DNA of 64,000 nucleotides from Eukaryota sp. TZLM1-RC (lineage: Eukaryota; Protista; Metamonada: BaSk clade). Shown here one piece after another: positions 12,601-22,084 of this stretch. The notes beneath the pieces are model-generated. The model was not told where the DNA came from. It saw nothing but the letters and a program-made list of their open reading frames with translations, and searched no databases. The stretch's first letter is position 1. Every line of letters starts with the position of its first letter. The stretch is from NCBI GenBank assembly GCA_040285825.1, contig JAUPSS010000004.1, forward strand, positions 3,871,585 through 3,935,584, given 5' to 3'. The position numbers and the translations under genes are program-made.

Positions 12601-12800
12601 TCCTTTGTGTAGGAGTCGAGATCAAAATTGGGAGAGAAGACCCCAGGACCAGTTGAAGCTTGTTTATGTGTCTCTTCCAGAGAGATCGAGTGGAATGGGA
12701 TGGGTTTGCGTTCAGGGGGAGGTGTCCATTTGTAACCTTGTGAAGACTGCTGCAACTCCGACCCAATGGTGTCAAGGTCATCCAGTATAAGCTCTTTCAT
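6690..12800 (-). CDS. Giant LRR protein (repeated LRR plus LRRcap-like modules) with a G/N/H-rich repeat and a C-terminal multi-pass membrane domain
   Basis: ~2036 aa from the first ATG at 12800. Many LxxLxLxxNxL repeats with cap-like motifs (e.g. FLIPSLKILNSTEITLEER). The C-terminal ~500 aa has about 8-9 hydrophobic segments with KLEIITGFFQI...IEWP and LFAAYRRPLRYW motifs typical of protist TRP-C-like membrane proteins. Confidence 0.85.
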   Translation of the reverse strand: MKELILDDLDTIGSELQQSSQGYKWTPPPERKPIPFHSISLEETHKQASTGPGVFSPNFDLDSYTKERNSTPSFKFIPGPFSLNLPGITPLDKLTPNQQCSGFEQLSKVYDRSQLLYLNLSNTRLSQRDFDLLFSTIQADFTGLQYLLLANSNLRSIEKLSSRSIRVLDLETNPLSKVDVPKFTNNCPLIENLNLVDTGIKSSIVNQMIGCFRYLRVLNNSCVQPKDRGTWINKFGPDEYKNNLGLLLWDLVVMNQSVIQSMTSWLPFHIREIQAKNCELSCVFLDEFKALERLYLSGNRLTSLENTGLAYLDRLTTVDLSNNQLSNQNDFKILSLIPSLSDLSISNNNYPTNYRQFIIYSCRFSKGTNNQPGINYLDGQVVTIGELVDSCIAFGMSETIANEYRWTLVCISTIGHRELYSSDVTDKVKSIKSGRFSNAGLGSVDLKLFSSLELLDLSNNNLEFVDFTGLNKVKFLNISGNPINLDRILPELDKLSSLCHLNITSRNANLSSHDLNSFRIQLIARLLTPCPHLSVIDDVEVSILERVNALVLIKQKNPDLELSINQYFFNSTLTLLFAKDPINWLPKEIIPGNAYSLELVKEINLEGRLKFDFDRSVVNFGMFLNLEALNIADCGFESLSSFGIEKLSNLAVLDCRHNHFPSHEMDNCSQLIDNLPNIQIVYFHPCPMINNSHDRSLFLSLIASLQSPDSQLKTVDSPITMKERLEIWRSGGLSDSKCHSLMFKAAINFMYPTLTNSNLSMVNELKLVSLELVAVDLSRFVGLRRLILAKNNISSLKDSFIGKCSELQLLDLRNNSFSILTSLLSHLVPLTKLTVLGLAGNPMCRNNSYEINLIGNFELCRQVPRSLIAIDDVIIDHDYVCKCWKRCGGSVTDVEVYRFRSVLFSLLPEDFNPADVTSLDLSGKSLSLVNFSDFPNLKQLNLSNNNLFNESIQYSAINSLKSLEFLNLCNNELKDLNQLAKLVDELPTLVQLGIGSNPCTNSSSYYESLLKKLNCIKRVDCNLRFIDSREISPLDVVKFSNISNKAADSFKIDLVAHRQGVLSGNNTIKLNHCGLSSIKSLSKYSHLISIDLSHNDLTEFSQNLNEISSFPSLVHLNLCDNKFKDLPLLIDALSYCANLKYLYLLKSTVDKSTDEIETYFELVCSKLRGLHSLENIPNVFGLNPYQLNAFNFLLEFGNFSPNRLYNIDLKPFGSSFSEQHFVAILRCLAYLPVENLSIDVPAFKKISNIRFMAIFLIPSLKILNSTEITLEERSNAHSICEKMVRSSGLDFLQRPSEELLNPVVCKVSQTDQISSDTLELREEKGKKKPAAGPGAIGSTKMESGQSRVVSKQVNTAMPVKSSTSAQPMSQNPSENQGNNGNDHHQDGNNSHRGNGGQNQSENEGNNGNDHHQDGNNSHRGNGGQNQSENEGNNGNDHHQDGNNSHRGNGGQNQSENEGNNGNDHHQDGNNSHRGNGGQNPSENEGNQSDDDQSNSIDDDNHEDQNSEEVNVDVNFERFSGLISVAYTNALKTPFFMTLGSFLTKLEIITGFFQILGLLFAFNINIEWPQFIIWYEYLTIPFSISFDWLRLDFDYFDYIKYGTFIMLPLIFTVLYFYDFNYNKWKLRYVLYWKRHKRLTLNIYFVGILLFILSSVLLVDFGSISLIISGNWPSGDSMGFLVATFVLWSVVFLLYFKLAKSFRSNQKNSAYWFNFIKTKRRICLFSLTILFMPVSRTILSTFICKEIDGELVIATLPAQKCGETFQDFTTFQLINAVMGALFMFSIPIFFFFLIRKGVALIDRNYNLKAKRKELLDRIDQLKRDTPPGFQDEIKRLKKEIRKKYSSACQEFSTAQSYLFAAYRRPLRYWKVIHMIEKGSLLFLSVFMVINLGELSFLISSIIVGLVFVLSWVTKPLSDGYEVFMDVFSRFSITVTAISGFTLMKMPNFSSLIEPFLVAVHLINAFIMLIIVAIGPIRSFLSIRKLRLAWEMARQSGTDGSSFNTQTAVNTGFSAAGVALKERPNTQEDESEEEEIIVS
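8341..8693 (-). repeat. 81-bp coding tandem repeat, about 4.3 copies (27-aa unit GNNGNDHHQDGNNSHRGNGGQNQSENE)
   Basis: ttgacctccattgcc recurs at 8367, 8448, 8529 and 8610 (period 81); copies near-identical. Confidence 0.95.
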
Positions 12801-13354
12801 TGTGTATAACAATGAAAATATTATTATATATATTTTTTGAAATAATTTTTAATTTATTACTTTCAAAAAACTAAACACAAATATGAAAATGTTTATTGAT
12901 TTCCCTCCAATAGATTTACGTTGTTGAAAATCAGCTAAGATTGACAGTCTCCGTCAGCGATACATAGATAATTTGTTTGTTTCTCATTTTCAGTTATTCC
13001 TTGAGGCTATTTCTAGGAATGTGTTGCCAAAAGGCATATTTGCGAGGTGTGGGTTAGGATATGTAAGGTGTATAGCGAGTTAGGATAATGATAATTTTAT
13101 TTCAACCTATATACGATAAACTGCGGTACTCACTAGTGAAATACCTACACTATCTGATCACGTTCTCTTAATTAAATTTAATTACAGTAGTTCTTTCGCT
13201 TTTTTTGCGGATAGCGCTTTTGCCGAGGCACATGGAGAGGTTGAGCTGATCTATTGGATTTAATAGATTTGGGTTTTCATTTACTTGCATGTTGCCTTAA
13301 GTCGAGAAGTTAAGATAATGTTGATTTATTTTTTCATCATATTATATAAGTTTA

Positions 13355-14600
13355 AGTCGTCCTATTGCAGTAGGTGAATCTCTATCTCGTTTGTTCTCCT
13401 CAATTATTTTCAATAGAATTGTTAAAAAGGTTGGAAAATTTTTGTCGCCAATGCAATTTGGTATTCAAACGATTGATAGAGCTTCAGTGGCTGCTCTGAA
13501 ATCTGACTTGTTCTCCAAAGGAACTGTTGAACTCCAAAGGAAACAACTTCATTTTCAATTTAGATTTCAATGCTTTCAACACTGTAAAAAGAAAAGCAAT
13601 TAACAAAGTGATTGAAAAACGTTTCCCTGAACTATCAAGTTATTTCTACTTGTGTTACGGTAAATCCAGTGAATTAGTATATGATGTGTTGTGCTTCCCT
13701 GGTAGAAGTTATTCCTGAGCTAATTCGAGCTCACTTGTTCTCTTCTTCACAATTCGGTGGTGTTGGCTTTACCAAATCTTCAATTCTTTTTCAAGCAGCT
13801 TTTGTTGGTGGTGGCAAAAATTTTATATTGGAATTTCTTAATCGTTTTCCTAAAAATATTTATTTGCTTAGTCCATCATTTTCAAAATATTTGAATGACC
13901 TTGATATCGCTATTTATAAAATTGCAACAGAAATCTGGTGTCAATGTTTTCCCGACTCAGTTCAAGAGATTCCTTCACGAAATTTAGTTAATTTAAGGTA
14001 TTGTATGTTCAGCTCTATTGTATGTTTAAGTCCTGCAAGATTGAATCTTTTTTAGAACCTTTGCTTTCAAATCTGGCTGATGAATCTGACAAAAATTCTT
14101 TTGGTGACAGCCGTAAACGATGTGCTAGTCTCCGGACTTGATGGATCAATGATCATTAGTGATGTCAGATCTACTGATGTATCAAACAGCTCAAATGAAA
14201 AACTGGCACAATCTTGTAATTCACCTTTACGTAGAGCTGAAGAAGCGAAAATTATCAAGTACACAGAAAAAATCAATCACTTGAATTCCAACTCACATAC
14301 TCAATACCTTCTTTGTCCTTTTGCTTTTTCCTTATTGTGAACCTTGGGTAAAACTGCGCTATCTGTTTTGGACGATTTCTCTTCTATTGTCAAAAATAGA
14401 ACTGGAAGAACATTTGACCGAACGTTTTGGCAAAACAGAATTGTATTTTCTCTTTTTAAGGGAATGTATAGCCTTATTTCTAGCTCGTTGTTATCACTAG
14501 GAAAATTTCATCAAGAAAATGCTGAAGCTAAGTATTCAATAGTAGATGTGGAGTTTGAGGAGATTGACTTTTAGTTTTTTACAATTTTGTTTGAATAAAA
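13355..14600 (+). mobile_element. Degraded, internally deleted CRE-like non-LTR retrotransposon (RT plus RLE fragments, family B)
   Basis: RPIAVGESLSRL...PMQFG, LDFNAFN, GGVGF, DVLVSGLDGSMIISDV...AEEAKIIKY...CPFAFSLL, FWQNRIVF across frameshifted ORFs; AATAAA near 14594. Confidence 0.85.
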
Positions 14601-15049
14601 TATGTATCTAAAATAACATATCTTGATAGTCTTCACTTTCTGTGTTGTTGGATAACTTACTTATGCTATCCATTATACTTTACCATTGTCAGCACCAAAC
14701 TTGAGTTATGTGAGATGAAGTAATGACAGCTTGTTGTCCGCTTCTTCATTCCTTTTTCTCTTCACCTTGTGATTTATAATTTCCGTTTCTAATGACTGTA
14801 CTTTCTCTACGGCTTGGACAAATGTCTGTCAATTCAAAACAGTTGTTTCAAAGACATATGTACACTTTCCTTTTGCCTGTAATGAGATTAATTCTGACAG
14901 CCAGTGGGCAATGAAAGGGTAATATGTGCCGTTATACAAACAACTAGAAATGTTCTTACTGCAACAATGGTAAGATGGTTACAGGCTTCAACAGTAACTA
15001 GCACCACACTCTAGACGATGCAAAACACAAATATTTGGTATCAATTTTA

Positions 15050-15290
15050 ATAATCTATTGAACTTGCACACTTAACAAAATATACTTATAACTAATGGGA
15101 CAAAATTCATTGAACCAAGATTTCCTCTACAAAATCTTGATCCGCTTGATGTCTAGCTAAAGTTTCTCTAATTCGATTGAAAAACCGAGGCAATCTATTA
15201 ATAATGGCATAATGAATTTGACAGCGTCATAAAAAGATATCAAATTTTCTCATTGTTGTTTCTTGAACTATTTTTTGGACATCATGCAAA
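15050..15290 (-). mobile_element. 3' end fragment of CRE-like family A
   Basis: Matches 5190-5430 (aactaatggga...gaaccaagatttcctctacaaaatcttgat). Confidence 0.8.
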
Positions 15291-15657
15291 AAAGTGGCTG
15301 ATTCTACTTGGTATCAATCGAATCATCACTGTATATGATGGGTTTCTGTATAAATATTTGATTTTGCTTTTTTGTAGTGAATTGAATGATTTCAGCGTTT
15401 GAACAGTGTTTAGAAAAAAAACGCTGTCTATTAAATTGAACACTGTGATTGACATTTTCAACAAATTCTTTTTGGCTGATTTGGGATAGCAAGATATAGA
15501 GTTTAAGGATTGTTGTATAGTTTATTGAATTAAATCGAATTTTACAAAAAAATATGATTGGCAAATCCAAAATGGTGACGCCTTTGTACCAAAAAATGTT
15601 AAGTTAAAGTACTTTGCCACTTTACTTTTATAGATCCCTAGTTGTAAGATCATATAC

Positions 15658-15936
15658 ATGTTGCAGCTACATTTTGAAGTCTTTGGCAAGGTTCAAGGTG
15701 TTTGGTTTCGCAAGTACACTGTACAAGAAGCCCGGCGACTTGGTATCTCTGGTTATTGTCAAAACACATCATCTGGATCAGTAAGAGGCGTTGCTGAATG
15801 CGATTCTCGCTCAACTCTACAACAGTTTCAGCAATGGCTTGCAGAAACTGGATCTCCGAAAAGCAGGATTGAACGTATAGAAGCTGAAATCGTAGAAACA
15901 CCAGAGGGCAAATACCATGGGTTCGATAAGAGATAG
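15658..15936 (+). CDS. ACYP: Acylphosphatase
   Basis: 92 aa; signature FEVFGKVQGVWFR and GYCQNTSSGSVRG; W...GSPKSRIE. Confidence 0.95.
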   Translation: MLQLHFEVFGKVQGVWFRKYTVQEARRLGISGYCQNTSSGSVRGVAECDSRSTLQQFQQWLAETGSPKSRIERIEAEIVETPEGKYHGFDKR

Positions 15937-16119
15937 ATACATGGCAAGTATGTAATGTTGTTGGCAAAAGTATAATCAGAGTAAGTTATGTTTCAGACAG
16001 TTGTAATACCATGGATTATATTGTTAATTCAATATTCAAATAAAGAGTCCAGCAAAAAAAATAAACATTTTATTAATAAAATCTTAAAAATGGCATTATT
16101 TTACACTAATATAAACAAT

Positions 16120-18069
16120 TTAATTCTGCATAAGATCCAAAAACGCTGATTTAAGCAACTTTGCCTCATCAGAAATGGTATTTCCCCCATCTTGACTCAA
16201 ACCAACAGCAGTAACTTCTCGACTTCCAAAAGCTTCAACCTTGTCCAAAAACTCTAATATTGACTCATAAACAGAGTCTTTGAGTATAATCCAATGCTTT
16301 GCCAGGGTATCAACCAACGAAGCCAAGCATCGTTTGCTGTAAAACCAAGTGTCTACTGATAATTTCTTATCCAATGGCTCAAATGACTTGATAATTCTAG
16401 ATATACCAAATTCAAAATTTCCCTTTGCACAATATAAAGTTCCAATAACTAAATTAATAATACAAGAATGGTAACATTCCTTTGTTGAATCCTGATAAAA
16501 TAAAGCTTCCTCTTCCTTCTCCACCCTCTTCATCAAATCTTCAGCATCTTCATTATTGCTAGTCATGATGTAAGAAACACAAAGATTCGCTAAAACAATT
16601 GCTTGGACACTCAACAGCCCAGTATCATAGTACTGTTCAACAATTGGTTGATATCCTTGAACACAATCATGGAATCGTTCATTCATGAACTGACAATGAG
16701 TTTGATTCAACTTCCAAGTGGTATTATCTGCACAAAATTCTGCACTTTGTTTCAATAGTTTTTCACAAGCAGAATAATTGTCATCATCCCAAAGTATTTT
16801 AGCTTGCATCATTAGAACTGGAATGTAACTTTCCAATTCCGCGTCAAACGAGTCAAGCAAAGTCTTAATTTTGACCTGATCACGTGACAGTTTTGCGTCT
16901 TGAATCATTTTAGTAATCTTTCTGAGCCTATCAACGTGACGACCTGACAGCGCATCAAGTTTCCTAAATGCATCCTGGGGAGAACTTTTGCTGGTTATCG
17001 CAGCATCAATGAAATCTGAAAAATTCTGTGAGACCAATCTTGATACCAACATTGAATTTTCTGAAAGAATATCTGCAGCAATGCTCTCCAACCCATGCTG
17101 TAATTGCAACACGAGCAAGTTTGACATTGTTTCTGGAGGGAAAGGAGGTGTTTCCAATAAGAAAGAAAGCTTCTTAATGGCAGCATTGGGATCTTCCACA
17201 GTGTCCAACAAAGCTGAATTGTGTAGGGTTATGGGATCAAGTTCTTCCTCGTTCCTTGGTGGCATATCATTTAAAGCAATTTTGGCTTCATCAAATTCTT
17301 CCTTTTCAAAGTGAATGGCAATTTTAAGATTGAAGGCCTCAATTAAGGAAGTTTCGTGGAGAATCATTGAATTCCCAACAGATCTTACATCACCATCATT
17401 CCCTGCACCTACAGAAAGTTCTGGGTGAACCCTTATGCCGTGTTCTTTAATCTCTTCTGCTAACCTTAATGCCTGGTCATGCTGCCCTAGGCGATGGTGA
17501 CAAAGCGCTATTCTGTAGACAAGATCAGGGGAAGAACCAAATTGAGTGAGCGCCTTGGCATAAGAATCTAGAGATTCTTGGAACTTTCCTTCTTTGAATA
17601 AGAGAGCTCCATTTGAAATGAAAAAATCCTTTGAAGTTGAGTTTAATTCTGACGATTCATTAATATACTGACGAACGGCAGCATAATCTTCCTCTTCAAA
17701 CTTAATGGAAACTAATAGTTGAAGTGCCTTTTCATAGACAGTTGGGTTAGTGTCTGGAACCTGGAGGGCTTCCTTGGCAGCTTCAACCAAGAATCCTGCC
17801 TTGAACAAAGCTTGGGCATGATAGAGTTGGTACGAAGGATCTTTTGGGCATAATGAGTGAAGTTGTTGGTAAATAGAAGCAGAAGATTCAAAGTTTTGCA
17901 TCATATAGTGACAGTAGGCTAACAGGGAGAGAGCAGCCCTACTTTCAGGGAATCGTTGAAGTTGGTACTCAAGAAGAGGGAGAAGATCTGAATAACGTTG
18001 CTCTTGTATAAGTGAATAGACATGTGATGTGAGTTCGCCTTCTACTTGGAGGTTTGGAGCAGCGGCCAT
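16120..18069 (-). CDS. IFT70: Intraflagellar transport protein IFT70/TTC30 (fleer/DYF-1), TPR protein
   Basis: 649 aa; SRAALSLLAYCHY, HPELSVG...DVRSVGNS, EAFNLKIAI, DMPPRNEEELDPITLHN, PPFPPET, VLANLCVSYIMTSNNEDAEDLM, HSCIINLVIGTLYCAKGNFEFGISRIIKS. Confidence 0.96.
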   Translation of the reverse strand: MAAAPNLQVEGELTSHVYSLIQEQRYSDLLPLLEYQLQRFPESRAALSLLAYCHYMMQNFESSASIYQQLHSLCPKDPSYQLYHAQALFKAGFLVEAAKEALQVPDTNPTVYEKALQLLVSIKFEEEDYAAVRQYINESSELNSTSKDFFISNGALLFKEGKFQESLDSYAKALTQFGSSPDLVYRIALCHHRLGQHDQALRLAEEIKEHGIRVHPELSVGAGNDGDVRSVGNSMILHETSLIEAFNLKIAIHFEKEEFDEAKIALNDMPPRNEEELDPITLHNSALLDTVEDPNAAIKKLSFLLETPPFPPETMSNLLVLQLQHGLESIAADILSENSMLVSRLVSQNFSDFIDAAITSKSSPQDAFRKLDALSGRHVDRLRKITKMIQDAKLSRDQVKIKTLLDSFDAELESYIPVLMMQAKILWDDDNYSACEKLLKQSAEFCADNTTWKLNQTHCQFMNERFHDCVQGYQPIVEQYYDTGLLSVQAIVLANLCVSYIMTSNNEDAEDLMKRVEKEEEALFYQDSTKECYHSCIINLVIGTLYCAKGNFEFGISRIIKSFEPLDKKLSVDTWFYSKRCLASLVDTLAKHWIILKDSVYESILEFLDKVEAFGSREVTAVGLSQDGGNTISDEAKLLKSAFLDLMQN

Positions 18070-18129
18070 TCTCTCAAGTGGAAATAAAAAACTTGAAATA
18101 AACGTCTATGGTTTTTATTTAAAATGAAT

Positions 18130-18250
18130 ATTTTCTTCAAGCATCAAACTTATTCCAAGAACTTTCATTCTTGGTGAGATCGTCCACAGACGTTCCAGAA
18201 TCCACGATTAATTGGCATTTCTCCTCTAGAACAATCAGTTGCTTTGAAGC
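18130..18250 (-). ncRNA. Candidate Fanzor omegaRNA scaffold
   Basis: Lies immediately 3' of the Fanzor stop. On the minus strand: CCAAGAAU-GAAA-GUUCUUGG 8-bp stem with GNRA loop (18174-18155), AUCGU/ACGAU stem (18208-18179), and an enclosing CUUCAA/UUGAAG stem (18249-18244 with 18140-18135). Confidence 0.5.
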
Positions 18251-18921
18251 TAGTTTATTTGTGGTCTCTGGAACGCTTCTGGTCTTGTTCCATAGTAGTG
18301 CTCACGAATTGCAATTTCTAGCTGATTCAGTGATGCAGAAATGTCTCTAGACCAAACTTGATTACATTCCGGACAATTGAAATATGCGTTGTGAACTTTA
18401 ACTTCCTCATCAACTTCTCGATAGATCTTTTGGTGTAACATCTTGCAGTAGTTCACCTTTGCAGGTGTCATATATTCATCTCCGATCTTCACATTAGCAA
18501 ATGAACATTGTAACAACTTGAGAAACGCCTTACGTGGAGTTTTCACTTTTTGACGTGATGTACCACCACCTCCATTGCCAAACCACACCTTTACTTCTCG
18601 GCCGTCTGCAAATTTTTTCACTTTGTTGATAATTGAGCTGAATCTTTTCTGTTTTCTTATAAAGACGTCAAATGTGTTTCTCCTCAATGCTTTTCGAGCA
18701 CTCAGATCTAATTGCTGCTTCAGCAATGATCGTCTTACGTTATTACCTTCACAGTCCTTATAGTCACCGATAGTTGATATTTCAAGCAGATAATGGTTCA
18801 ATTTCTGCACGTCATAAACATCTATTGATGAATGGGTCAGTGAAGCGGAGTGATTGATTTTTCGTTGCTTTGGTGCCAAGAAGATATTGGATACGGTCGG
18901 TCCTGAACCTGTTCAGATGCT
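18250..18921 (-). pseudogene. Fanzor (TnpB-like RNA-guided nuclease) C-terminal half: RuvC-II, zinc finger, RuvC-III
   Basis: RRNTFDVFIRKQK, VWFGNG..TP, IGDEYMT, CPECNQVWSRDISASLN, terminal RPEAFQR match the Fanzor C-terminal consensus. Confidence 0.85.
18910..18921. repeat. 12-bp target-site duplication TGTTCAGATGCT (partner at 20908-20919)
   Basis: Identical 12-mers flank the 1986-bp retroelement. Confidence 0.92.
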
Positions 18922-20907
18922 TTTATTGAAAATTAAGAAGAAACTACTCGAATACTAAAAAAACTACCTACCAACATTGACGATCTTCTCTTTTCTTTTG
19001 AAGTATATAATTAAAAGCACTGTGGCATTTAAAACTATTCTTCAAAATGATACAGCTAATTTCATTTGCTACCTCATTCCATCCAAATTGGTCAAACAGT
19101 ATTTTTGCTTTAGTGTAAAAACCCCCATGAACACTAAAAACGAGAGGAACAATTTGGTTAATTTAATTTAATTCTTTTAAAATTGAATACTTTGCAATCT
19201 TATCGGAATAAGCTTTCGAAAAAGCATCAGTCCAATTATTACCATAACCTCCAACTATGGTGACATCAAAAGCAATTTGGTTGACGTTTGAAAGCCATCA
19301 ACACGTAACTGCTTATTTAAACCAAATTTAAATTCCTTTTCAGATTCAAAATTATTTAATTCGTTAATAAAATTATTTACTTCGTCATGTCTTTGTGTAA
19401 CCATTCTTGAGACTTTTCTACATTGAAACGAGTGATCTAAGCCTAAGGTTTCCATAACCACACAAAGGACATATCACAAATTGTTCTCCTTGAAGCAATC
19501 TCAGATTTATTAGGTATTTGAAGCAATCATCTGAGAACGTGAAATTTTGAGAAATAGGCAAGACTTTCAAAAAACAAGATGATTGACTGTCACAATTTGA
19601 AATAAATTGTACTAGTTCACATTCTGATATTTTTTCCTTTAAAAGACTCAATTTTTCCTTATAAAATAAGTGAGTGATTTGACGTTGGCAAATTTTAATT
19701 CGTTTGTCCCAGATTGAGTCAAAACCAGCAAAAGAAGGTGATAAAGCTGATAGTCAAACCCTATACTGATCACGTGGAATTAAATTTGTTAAATCAAGAT
19801 CACGTACATCCAAGTATACAGAAACTGAATAGCAAATATGTGCAACTTGGCCCAAATGGAGAAACCCTAATCCACCCAAAGAATGAAAGAATAAATTAAA
19901 TCAAAATTATTTGATTCTTCCAATCCCATTAAGTTGAAATAAGCAACAAATTCTGAAACCCAAAGGTGAAAACCCATGCTGGTGGACTCATAGGGAACTG
20001 TTCGGGCCCAGTACATCAAAATTGAATTAATACAATGTCTAAATATTAAAAATTGATTTTGTAGTGGTAATGATTTTAATAAAAACAAACTGGGAATCAA
20101 TTCATTTTGAACTTCTTGAATTATAAAAGAGGATTCAAACTCAGTAGAACCTATTGGAGATCCCAAACACATGAAATCATCTTCAACTGAAAACACTTCG
20201 GTTTTTGTCAAATTTAATTTCAAACCAATTTGCTTGAAAATTAATTCTAATTCATTTAATAACAACTCAATGCTGACTTCTTTTTGACAAAGAATATAAG
20301 TATCATCTAAATAACTTTTAACTTCAACACCTGGATAATTATTTAAAAATGATAATACGTGAATAGTTCCAAGTGCATATAAAAAAGGTGAAATTGGATC
20401 ACCTTGCTTGACACCAGTGTTTGATGGAATAACCTGATCATAAAAAATTAAATTTGATTGTTTCCCATATGGCCATTTAAAAAAATTAACTAAATTGGGA
20501 GACTGATCACACAACAACTTATATAAATGATTTCGACTTAAAGTGTTAAAAGCATTTGAAATATCTAAGCAAATTACTTTGTGAAAACATTTTGCAACTC
20601 TCTTTAGTCTTAGTTCATGAATAATTTTTTCACTGCCTCTTTCAACTTTGACACCATATTGACCTTCATTTGTCAAAAATGAAGAATCAACAAAATTAAG
20701 TAAATACTTAGATGCCATTCTGTAAAAAATTTCGGAAATAGCGATTGGTCTAACGCCATTATTTGGTTTTGTTAAACCTATCAATTTGGATGATAACAAA
20801 ACAACTGAAAGAGATTTATCCAAAGTTCCATTGATCATATGATCTACCAAATACATTAGAATATCTGCTAATTCATCGTTAATAATTGAAGGAAAATGAA
20901 CCATGCA
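18922..20907 (-). mobile_element. 5'-truncated CRE-like non-LTR retrotransposon (RT-ZnK-RLE) inserted in the Fanzor gene
   Basis: RT motifs GVRPIAISEIFYR, QYGV, LDISNAFN, GVKQGDPISP, SYLDD; CPLC..HSFQC, RHDEV, RVDG; 3' end ...TTCAATAAA abutting the TSD; frameshifts downstream of RT. Confidence 0.9.
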
Positions 20908-22084
20908 TGTTCAGATGCTGGAACCACATAAATTTGAGTGGTTGGGGTCGATGTCCCAGAATACCGTTTCCGTTTCATCATCAGGTATCTGCCACTCAAT
21001 AGCTTTTGCTTTCTGGCGAGGTTTTGGCCGTTCAACGTTGGCTTGTAGGGTTTGTTTTCTATTCCGAGTGGTTTCGTAGTAATCAAGTTCCCCTTTGGGT
21101 CTCTTATCAGCCAAGGCTTCTCCAGACAATCTCACTCGTGTTCCTTTTGGGTGGGGTTTGAAAGTTTTACGGACACTGTCACCATTAAAAGACATGTTGT
21201 AGTCATTAGATTTTGTTTTAAAAATATAAATAAGGGTTTTTCAAAATTGTCTGTGATGTGTTTTTGGACATAAAGTGGTTGAGAACCCATGTGGAACAGG
21301 GAAGAAAAACAGGCTTCAAATTAGCAATGGGAGTGAGTCTATGTCGTTTAAAGGTATGTGGAAAGGCTTGCTCCAGGTGGTTTTGGATTGTTAATCCGCA
21401 ACGAAAGATGTAGGTACTGTTCTCTTGATTGAGGGTCACTCTTCAGGAAGAAAGAAGAGTCTTATGTTGTACCTTTGTGGATCACCAACCAAAAAGTTAA
21501 ATAGAGTGCCAGCCATTGTATGGTGTTTGTTGAACCAAGTAAGAAGAGGTTCCCTAAAGTACGTGTTGTTGTGAAGTACAAAGCCAGCATAAGTGACTGG
21601 TGCAGGGCATTTATGTCCAATTCTATATGAGCGAAAAAGTTAACCTTTCAAGACACAAGACCATCAGCAAGAAACTGCTGGTACTTGCCTTGCAGCTGGC
21701 GGCATTTTGCATCCACTAGTTGTTGTAGAGGCCTACTAGTGGGTAGCGCATGATTACAACCTTTTCTTGACATGAAAAAGACAGCAAACGACCATGATGT
21801 AGAGATTCGCTCGAGCTCTTCATAAACATGACCTTTGCCACGAATGTTGAATGGATGTCTAACTTTTGGCTCAGAGACCGCCACAAAATCAAAACACCGC
21901 ATCCTGTATTGAAGCTGAGTCACAAAATGATTGGGTTCACACGGAAGTGTACAGCAAAAACTCTCGCCAGCAAACTGCCCAGATGAACCATGGTGGTCAC
22001 CTTGGTCAGCTGTCCATCAATTTAATCACACACTGGCTGCTCAAAGAACTGATGAAGGGAACAGGCACGTGTCCATGATTGCAT
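20908..22084 (-). pseudogene. Fanzor N-terminal half through RuvC-I (stops and frameshifts)
   Basis: ATG at 22084: MQSWTRACSLHQFF..IDGQLTKVTTMVHLGSLLA; then RHRLTPIANLKPVFLP, SFNGDSVRKTF and VFWDIDPNHSNL (RuvC-I-like). Removing the insertion and one TSD joins it in frame to the 18250-18909 half. Confidence 0.75.

Noticed and set aside
20908-20919. TGA recoding as an explanation for in-frame stops in the Fanzor and the RNase H-ZnF element
   Set aside because: Host genes here terminate with TGA (LRR gene, 25371 gene), TAA and TAG, and the elements also contain frameshifts, so ordinary decay is the simpler explanation.
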